From contig NC_068986.1 of NCBI RefSeq assembly GCF_001194135.2, positions 4,669,108 through 4,723,764 of the forward strand: 54,657 nucleotides of DNA, read 5' to 3'. How positions within the stretch are numbered: position 1 is the stretch's first letter; every line of letters starts with the position of its first letter. Of this stretch, positions 45,631-54,657 are shown in pieces. This DNA comes from Octopus bimaculoides. Taxonomy: Eukaryota. A model generated the notes under the pieces. The model saw nothing but the letters and a program-made list of their open reading frames with translations. It was not told the DNA's origin and searched no databases. The position numbers were made by a program, and so were the translations under genes.

Positions 45631-46480
45631 ATTGTTCTTGTCATCCATAATAGTCCCTGACCTGAATGTCCTCAGATAAACTGGCTGGTTTGGTTCAAAG
45701 GATTTTCAGTGTTGGGGACTACTGTGAATAACTTGCAAAAATCCTTAACAGTGATCCTGAGGGAGCACCATTACTTCAAGATAATCTCTACAGGCGCATA
45801 AGTGCAGCTAGGTAGGACTATCCATGATGCACACAAAGTTAATGAGACTATACTGATAATTGAATGTACACATGCAGTTCCCATCTGTTGTCATATGTAA
45901 AACAAATTTGGCTGTTGGCTAAGTCCATCATGAGACCATGAGGGTCAGCCCATCAGCTACCTTTAACAAAGCAAGGTAGGAAGTATTACTCTGTATTATA
46001 AAAGAAGTGTGCAAGACAAGGCTAAAAGATTAAGGATAGACTTCTTCCTCTTTGGTCAAACTCTCATTAACGTTTCTGAGTTCCACTTGGAACAGAAAGT
46101 AAGGGTGGATAGTGAGGCACTTTCTCCCCAGCAAATTTGTCAAACAGTGGTGACTAAAAAAAAAATGATTAAGATGAATGGAAGTATGTACATATAAATT
46201 GAAGAGAAACAATTGGGTGAGGGCTCAGGCTCTTTGTGGTCAAGGTGAGACTGAATCTGTGGGGTTCTTTAATTGGCCTTAGTTGGAGTTTCTTCTACAT
46301 GAGGATGACCATATCACCTGTGTAGTCACATATTTTTGTATACTGTGTATACTTTTTAGCTCATCTTTTCCCCTCCCCTTCTCTTTTCTTCTTACCTTCG
46401 TTATGTAAACTGTCCTTATAATGTCCACTTCAATAGATGCCCTTGTGGAAAATTTAAAAAATATTGTTTTTATTATTATT

Positions 46481-46535
46481 AAGGTAGCAAGCTAGCAGAA
46501 TCATTAACATGCCAGACAAAATGCTGAACAGTATG
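46481..46535 (+). mobile_element. SINE family B head only
   Basis: AAGGTAGCAAGCTAGCAGAATCATTAACATGCCAGACAAAATGCT. Confidence 0.6.
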
Positions 46536-46869
46536 TTGTACCTCTGAATAAGGGTTTTTTAAGGATGGTGAATGGAACACTTATGTTTCCAGAGGTAAAT
46601 TATTCAAACACAAAAGAATTCCACCCAGCACATGGCTATGATCCTCCCCCGCTACTCTTGCTCATGATCAACGATGCACATATTGTCAATCACAAAGGAA
46701 CATGTTCAACTGGTTAAGGTCAAGCAACTCACAAGCAAATCTGTGGTATTGAGCAGAATATTTACTGTAACCCATCTTTTACACCAAGACAAACATGCAC
46801 ATGATAACATTTCCAATCAGTTAAGATCAGAAGCCATGAGAGCTATTGCCTGGTAATGCATCAGTGCAT

Positions 46870-46908
<39 letters not shown>

Positions 46909-47999
46909 CTTCGTGCTGGAAATTAAACTAGATAATTAATTTAATAACTTTAAAACTGCTATTATCCAAACGTTAAGCTACATTTCCTGTACGTGAAGAG
47001 ATGAAATTATTGCCTGAGTGAAGTATGGAAGAAGAAGGAAGGGCACATGGAGAATATTGTTCTGTAAATTACAATATTTCTCTCATCCTTTCCTCCTTCT
47101 TCCGTTCTGTCAACAAACCTATTTCTGACCTTTCACAGCAATCAAATCGTTCATATTTCAACAAGGTCAAAAATATAGTTTATAATTTTAAAGACTGATT
47201 CATGTTATGCAATTACCAATATAGTTTTAACATGGTGCTCTCTCTAAGGACTCTGAAATAGTTAATCACCTAGTTTTTCACAATTCAACTTCCATCTGTT
47301 TTGTTTATCTTGCTTTAATTCTTTTGAGAATTTCTTTCTAGAGCTCTTCATTATGTATTCAATTTATTTATTTTTTTTTTTTTTAACTACATCAGATCAA
47401 GTTCCTCATAGATGGCATATCATAACTCCACCTCTCTTTCTCTCTCAATCTTTAACAGTTACATACACACACACAAGACCACTGATTGAACATGTCAGGA
47501 ACTATATACTTCAAGAGAAGCCATGTAATTTCTGATCAAAACCCTTAAGTGTGAACCAATTTCAGTAAACTACATTCTGCATCATTCAGATTAAGATTAT
47601 ATTGCTATTAGTGAAAAATGTTCAGAACTCTCTCTCTCTCTCTCTCTCACACTCACACTCACACACACACAAAAAAAAAAAAAGAAGCATGCACGCATAT
47701 ACATACGTATGTATGTATGTATGTGTATTCAGACTTAGACCTGGTCAAAATCTACTTGAGCTCCACTGAAACTAGTGCTAGTCCACATCCTTTGGGATTT
47801 AACATCACAATATGGTGGATAGAATGAATACTAATACCAGTAATGTACAAAAGATATTACTATCGACTGTGTGTACAGAAATTGGTCATGAACCTAAGTA
47901 AGAAATCAATATTCATTGAATGAATGGCAGTGAGGGAGGAATCATTCAATAAGCAGCAAATTAGGTTCAATCTTCAAAATAGATTTTACTCACTAACAC

Positions 48000-48510
48000 A
48001 CAATGTTACAAACACAGATAGATCATACACACATATGTAGGCACAGAAAGACAGTGTGTGTATGTGTGTGTGTGTGTGTGTGTCTCTCTCTCTCTCTCCC
48101 CTTGATGCAGACTCACAGTTAACCACACATAAATTATAGGCACGTGGCTAATTGAATATACACAGATATATGTACAACTATACAGATACACACAGATACA
48201 AATATACACATGTGTATGGCTATAGAGGCACTCATATACACAAAATTACATGTGTACAAATACACACACAAGCTCACATCATGTAAAACTACAAACACCC
48301 AGTTAACCACACATACCCAGACAAATGTTTACAACTAGAGGAACTCACATACACAAAAAATACACATATACAAATAGACAAACATCCACTCACACACAAA
48401 CATTTACATGTATTCAGTGTGAGGTACTGTAACAGCATACAGACCCATTACCTTCATATGTACATCCTTAAATATTGTACAAACACTAATCCATTCATAC
48501 ACATATACCC
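48000..48510. repeat. Degenerate CA-rich low-complexity tract
   Basis: ACAC/ATAC-rich sequence without a clean period. Confidence 0.7.
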
Positions 48511-50683
48511 TTCTAAATCCCAATAAAGTTTTATATCTCTATATTGAATCACCATGCTGCTCACAAACCTAAAGCAGAACATACCTTATGGTTTCAACAC
48601 CAAAAATACATCTAGTATGTTCTGTTCTAATTACCATCAATGTCAGTAAAGTCTTCATCTCCATTCCCTGCTACTCACTTAAACAAAAAATACTCGACAC
48701 CACCTTAAGATACAACACAAAACACTAGATAATAGTATACAAAAACATTTTCCAGAACCTGCAATTGTCAGAATTGAGTTCCACCAGGATTCATCTTTTC
48801 ACCCACTCTTTTCAACATATAATTTCACAACTTCCTCAATACCCACCACAAAATATACATGCAGTCTCATATGTATCATACTCACATTCCCCTACCATTC
48901 TCCAGACACTGCCATATATCTATTCCAGCCTGAGAGAAATCACCTAAAATCCTGGCTTCCCAACAACAGACTTTAAGTAGCACTGACCAAATCCAATGTC
49001 CCGCTTCTTACCAGCAATACTAGGGAACATCAAATACAACCAGCATACACCCTCAACGACAAATATGCCACACACATGTATGAGACAAAAATACCGGGTA
49101 TTACACACAATTCTTATACAACACACATAGAAAGAAAGCAAAACTATGCACTAGGATAAAGAAACGGCAACAATAACAGTGTACAAACATTACCATTGTT
49201 GATACCATCATCCCTTATTCCACTCCTGTCAGAATTTCCAGTCTCCCCTCTAAACACCGCAACAAGGTAAAAAGAACATGATCTTTTCACAGGTGTCTCT
49301 AAGACTGCTGGGGAAGAAGAAGAGTGAAAGATCACTACATGCATTATTCTGAAAGTAGAGAGCTTCTATGAATGCTTGAAACAGATTGGACCGCTAATAG
49401 AACCCGAAGCTAAGTATTTAGCCAAGTAATGGATCAAGCTTGCCACCGAAGAAAAGCTACACAGTCCTGTGATAGGACTCTGTGCAGTGTCCCTCTACAT
49501 ATATAAAATAAGAATGTTTCGCTTAAACTGGGAAATTTTTCAGTTGAATCTTTTTGCTTTTGTCTCACCTCTATCATAGCAATGTTTGAATGAAAACAAG
49601 ATTAAAACAAATGAGTAAAGGAATTTAAGGAACAAATAAAGAAACAAATAAATAAAAGCACTAAAAACAGAGGGCAATGACTAGATAGCAAACTTATGGG
49701 GTACTTTGTACTTTTGTTTGGGTATGTAGCAGTTTGACTCTAGCCAAAGTGTAAGAGTCACGGAGTGTCAGGGATGGACAGTTCATTTAGTAGAGTCCAA
49801 CCAATTTCTTTTAAGGACAACTCATCTTCCACTGGCTTCCACCTGGTACTACTTATTACCTGTAGATCTACAAACTATTTTCATGTAACAGTGCACTACC
49901 ACTTGGTTAACAGCATTTGTCAGGTGAGCAACAAGTCTTTAATTCTCATTGAAACACTTTAAGTACTAGTCACCCTAAGCATGAGAGGGCTGGGTATATG
50001 AAATGCTATATAGGAAAAAAAAAACCTCAGCCAGTTTTGGTAGAAAGATGAAGAAACATATAGATCACTTTCATCATTGAACAGCATTCCTGGTATGCTT
50101 CCAATCATATCAGCCCACCTTGTCTCTAATTCAGCAAGCTAGAGATGAGAAAGTAAGGCTGATCATCAAACACTAAAATTTAAGTGCAGCACAGATCAAA
50201 ACTACTTACAACCACAGATGACAGAGTATCTTGTACATCTGTGACTCTGAAATACCACCCTTTCCATAGGCCCCTTAGCTGTTAGAACACACAGAAAGTG
50301 TAGGATAAGTGACAGTAGTCATGGTTCTTTGATTGCCTGCACAGCTGGGCCCACCATTACCAAAGCAATCCTTTGAAAATGACTGATAAAAAAGTCAAAG
50401 TGGGGATATTTCATTTGTCCACTGTTGAGAACCTGACTGTCAGTTCTATACTTAACTAACACCATAGATATGGCTTGAAATTATTCCTATATCATGCTTG
50501 GTTAAACCACAGTATAATAAGGCCTACATCAATAATCCAGTGCAAGTTGCTTAATTAATAAAATATCAAAATGAAAGTTTATGGTACGAATTCTCTTTAA
50601 TCACTTTACAAATATAACTGTCTTGAATTAATACATGCTCAGCTTGGAACACATTTATCTTACCAAACTTCAAATATAATGTC

Positions 50684-52267
50684 TTTATTTCATCAATTTC
50701 TATGTAAATATCCAAATTAATAGAACCAACCAAATTCTAATACATTTCTAAGACATTTCTAATACAAAAAGGAATAATAAATCTTAAAACAATGTTATCC
50801 TTTTCGTTTAATTATTCCCTTTTCTATTATCAATTTGAGATTAAACTGTATTTGTTTTGTGTCTTTTTTTTCAGCCTGGCCATAACATCTAACAAGGACT
50901 TTCAACGAATTAAATGAATTACAAGAAAGTAGATGGTTTATCAAAGAATATAACTCAGTTAACAAGCTTATAAAAATCTTCCTCATCAGATAAATATGTT
51001 ATTTATAATCGCAGTCTCTACTGAAAGCATTTTAATCTCATCTTCCCCTTTGATATTTTTATTTGAGCAAAAAGGATTTGTATACATACAGATACAAGCA
51101 TAGCAGTGAGGTTAAAAAGTTCACTTTATAACCCTATGTTTCTATGTTCGATCCTATTGTACAGCACCTTGGACAAACCACACAAAAATATTGAGGTGTG
51201 TTCTCAAGATCATTAATAGCAAGAGAAATCATTACTTAATTATCATAGATTTAAATTGACAAGAATCTCTTACTCTAGGATGTTTACATCAAACATCTAA
51301 GATAAAGCACAAGAACCAGAGATATTGAATTCTTCACACCTCATAATTGAGCTTACTAAATTATTCTGTTGATTAATTATTGCTGATGCACATCATCAGT
51401 AATTTCCTTGCATTCCAGAGTGAAATGGTTCCAACAAGGATTAAGCAAAAAGCTCCTATAATCTTAAAGGAAAGATGATCATACATAGGCGCGGAGTGGC
51501 TGTGTGGTAAGTAGCCTGCTTACAAACCACATGGTTCCGGGTTCAGTCCCACTGCGTGGCACCTGGGCAAGTGTCTTCTACTATAGCCTCGGGCCGACCA
51601 AAGCCTTGTGAGTGGATTTGATAGACAGAAACTGAAAGAAGTCCGTCGTATATATGTATATATATATGTATGTGTGTGTGTATGTTTGTGTGTCTGTGTT
51701 TGTCCCCCCAACATTGCTTGACAACCGATGGTGGTGTGTTTACGTCCCCGTAACTTAGCGGTTCGGCAAAAGAGATCGATAGAATAAGTACCAGGCTTAC
51801 AAAGAATAAGTCCCGGGGTCGATTTGCTCGACTAAAGGCGGTGCTCCAGCATGGCCGCAGTCAAATGACTGAAACAAGTAAAAGAGTAAAAGAGTAAAAA
51901 GAGTATACATCTTGAAGGGAAGAGAAGAGATACCGGAAGAGAAGAGATACCAGAAGAGAAGAGATACCAGAAGAGAAGAGATACACATATTTGATGAGGA
52001 TTTTTGTAAGCTTGTTAACCGAGTCATATTCTTTGACAAACCATCTATTTTCTTGTAAATCTCTTATTTTGTTGAAAGTCCTTGTTAGATATTGTGTCCA
52101 GGCTGCAAGAAAACAGCTTAACCTCAAACTGATAAAAAAAGAAAATAATTGCATGAAAATGATAATATTGTTTTTAGATTTATTATTCTTTTCTGTGTTA
52201 GAATTTGGTTTGCTCTATTAATTTGGTTATTTACATAGAAATTCTTCAGAGAAATTAATGAAATAAA
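50684..52267. repeat. Inverted duplication (arms about 50684-50998 and 51986-52267)
   Basis: The 107-nt cores 50872-50978 and rc 51999-52105 match 94/107 with no indels; the AT-rich flanks also align, with indels. Confidence 0.9.
51487..51904 (+). mobile_element. tRNA-derived SINE family A, young full-length copy
   Basis: A box TGGCTGTGTGG, B box GGTTCAGTCCC, central (TA/TG)n, (AAAAGAGT)n tail, TSD ATACAT (51481-86, 51905-10), CpGs retained. Confidence 0.9.
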
Positions 52268-52469
52268 TTGAGGTGTTCATGCTTTTCTTGAAGATATAAG
52301 CAGCATGGATAAAGTATTATGGCATCATCCAGAGATTGAAACTATATTCTAGTTTCCACTTGCCAAGAGTTTACTAGAATTTATCATTTGTTCTATTGGT
52401 TTCTAACATAGGCACAAAGCATGAGATATAGGAAAGTGAGTGAATTATAATATTCAATTATGCCATCCT

Positions 52470-52560
52470 CAGTACTTCACTGGTATCTGATTTTATTGAC
52501 AATAGAAGGATGAAAAGCAAAGTTCACCTTGACAAGAATTGAATTCAGAATGTAGAATGG
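52470..52560 (-). mobile_element. SINE family B, decayed fragment
   Basis: gaaggatgaaaagcaaagttcaccttgacaagaattgaattcagaa is the rc of the core. Confidence 0.55.
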
Positions 52561-53487
52561 TAATTAAATTCCACATTTTGTTCACTACACTACTCATACT
52601 GCCAATCCACAGCCACCATTTTTCCTACAGATTCTGTTAACCTGCCTCCTTTAACATCTCTCACACATGCTCTTTCTAACTCTAAGAGCACCCCTCACTC
52701 CCTATCTCTCTTCTCATACACACACAGTTCTTCAGTCTCTCCTTTTTGAAATATAAAATGTCAATTAAGGAAAGAGATTAAGGCAAATTATTACTACTTT
52801 TTTTCTCCATCAATCATCAAACATATTCAATTTAACTCTTTACTTTCACAGTCTGCAAAAATGAAGAGAACGTGAGAAAATGACATATTTCATACAAGTT
52901 TCAGCTATGACCGACCATAATAATCAGATCAATGCTACTTTTATTAGTGTGTACAATGAAATGAAGTCAAAATTAGAATTTATAGATGGGGCATGGTTAC
53001 AAAGAACAAGATGCGATATATGGATTCAGAATAAATGTTACATTTGAGTAACAAATTTGATATAATTAATTTTTAAGTGTTTATTTTTTAAAAGAAATAT
53101 GTACGTAGTATTTTTTAATTAACTAAGCAATTCAGATTGAAGGAAAAATCTAGTGGGAAACAATAATTGAAATAATATTTCCTCTTTGTAATAGCAGTTA
53201 TTTTTGGATGGACATTAACTAAACTAGAAACATTCAAGAAAATAACTGAATCAAGGACCATTTCCTAAATGCCTGATTATATTTCCTGCAGCTGGATTTG
53301 AGTCATTGCGATCAGTGTTAGATAACCGCAACCTATTATGCGAAGTTATGATGACCTAAGGAGGGAGAGCTACTGGGTAATCAGTCAACACATAAAATAA
53401 AATAGTTGTTAAATGTGCTTCAAATTACACAGTTTTGTCCTGGAGAAAAAAAAGGAAAGATGAATTTTGTAAAGTATTCTTAGATGC

Positions 53488-53750
53488 CCTTCATCCTTCA
53501 TGCATCCTTTCCAGGTTTTCTGAGGTTGTCCAACTTCCCTCTTTCCTTCAGTTTGCCAGTTAACACTTGATTTGCAATGCTGCTTGGAGGTCTCTTTAAA
53601 GTGTGACCAATCCAGCCTAATTTCCTTTTCAGAATTTTTTTTATTAATGGGGGTTTTGTTCGTTCTACCCCACAGACTTCTGCTTGAAATTTTGTCCAGC
53701 CACCAGATCTTGGGGATGTAGCACAGACATTTGTTCACAAAGGAAATCAA
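53488..53750 (-). mobile_element. RTE-clade LINE fragment (different subfamily)
   Basis: SFVNKCLCYIPKIWWLDKIS..LWGRTNKTPI (frameshift) KRKLGWIGHTLKRPPSSIA (frameshift) WQTEGKREVGQPQKTWKGCM. Confidence 0.78.
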
Positions 53751-53769
53751 GGAAGTAGCCCAGGATCAC

Positions 53770-53906
53770 ATCCACTGGTATGAAATGGTCACAGCTGTAT
53801 GCTCCTAGTGGAATAATGTGTGTGGACTGACTATTCTTAGATACCCTTAAAAAGACAGGATGGTCATGACTTGCACAAGGCTAATCTGGAGTTAAACAAC
53901 AACAAC
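53770..53906 (+). repeat. Family D
   Basis: agacaggatggtcatga..ggagttaaacaacaacaac. Confidence 0.45.
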
Positions 53907-54085
53907 ATGGAATTATTTGCTTAGACAATTGTGATGGATTAAGAGAGGAAATATACTGAAGTGCAAAAATTTAAATGTGAAAAGTGTTATTATAGAGGTA
54001 AAAACTCAAATAACAAACAAATAAAAATAGAAAAACAAATTACAGAAATAGTATAGTGAGAAAGAAAAAATTACTACTTCTATTA

Positions 54086-54284
54086 ATTCTTTCTGCTATA
54101 GCCACAAAGCCTAAAATTTGGGGAAGACATCTAATTGATTACATTGACTCCAGTGCTCAACTGAAACTTATTTCATTGAACCTGAAAGGACGAAAGGCAA
54201 AGATGACCTCAGCAGAATTTGAACTCAGAAAATAAAGAGAACATTTTGTTCATCATGCTAACAATTCAGCCAGCTTGCTACCTT
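54086..54284 (-). mobile_element. SINE family B
   Basis: rc full-length; TSD ATTACTACT (54070-78, 54286-94). Confidence 0.82.
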
Positions 54285-54321
54285 TATTACTACTGATGCA
54301 GTACCATTTATCTGACACGCG

Positions 54322-54358
<37 letters not shown>

Positions 54359-54365
<7 letters not shown>

Positions 54366-54657
54366 CATCATCGTTTAACGTCCGCTTTCCATACTAGCAT
54401 GGGTTGGACGATTTGACTGAGGACTGGTGCAACCGGATGGCTCCAATCTAATTTGGCAGAGTTTCTACAGCTGGATGCCCTTCCTAATGCCAACCACTCA
54501 GAGAGTGTAGTGGGTGCTTTTACGTGTTACCCGCACGAAAACGGCCACGCTCGAAATGGTGTCTTTTATGTGCCACCCGCACAAGAGCCAGTCCAGGGGC
54601 ACTGGCAACGATCTCGCTCGAAAACCCTACAAGGCCACTCAGGCGGTACTGGCAACG
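54359..54657 (-). mobile_element. Family C, young, truncated by window end
   Basis: rc of 1-230 at high identity. Confidence 0.85.

Noticed and set aside
46545-46870. Segment with faint resemblance to U2 snRNA, ending in an (ATT/ATC)n tail
   Set aside because: Only short, gapped matches with no GTAGTA branch-recognition or Sm site. It is probably an interspersed repeat, but single-copy in this window so I cannot support a call.
51487-51560. tRNA gene-like A/B boxes in SINE heads (here and in other copies)
   Set aside because: No cloverleaf or acceptor stem; they continue into SINE bodies, so they are not tRNA genes.
52852-53050. Strong acceptor plus a frame reading TYFIQVSAMT (fibronectin-III-like strand)
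   Set aside because: All three frames after the acceptor hit stops within about 10 codons, and the other Fn3 hallmarks are absent.
1-54657. CRISPR arrays, rRNA, prokaryotic operons or defence systems
   Set aside because: None seen; the window is eukaryotic intron/intergenic DNA and the regular repeats are microsatellites or SINE modules.

Overview
AT-rich, repeat-dense animal genomic scaffold with three N gaps. It is very probably an octopus (coleoid cephalopod), inferred from recalled SINE families, not from a search. I can support one protein-coding gene: a two-coding-exon protein-tyrosine sulfotransferase (TPST, + strand, 30539-31401 joined to 33399-33753, 405 aa). Most other ORFs in the supplied track are microsatellite or low-complexity noise, but several are remnants of mobile elements. 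These include a near full-length DD37D maT transposon with TIRs and TA TSD, a fold-back mariner made of two 5' arms, three copies of a mariner MITE, a piggyBac-like MITE, a canonical non-autonomous Helitron, Helentron/HINE pieces, and CR1, RTE and R4/Dong LINE fragments. There are also about 40 SINE-like copies in four families. The most notable unexplained structure is a head-to-tail pair of decayed type I hammerhead-ribozyme folds on the minus strand (6386-6693, predicted cleavage sites 234 nt apart), resembling a metazoan retrozyme or Penelope-derived tandem. Other notable items are an exact 85-bp templated duplication with microhomologies, an RTE C-terminus with two tandem C2H2-type fingers, an inverted duplication of an exon-like segment, and tandem CTCF-like motifs. 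All alignments and folds were done by eye; family names from recall are flagged as such.
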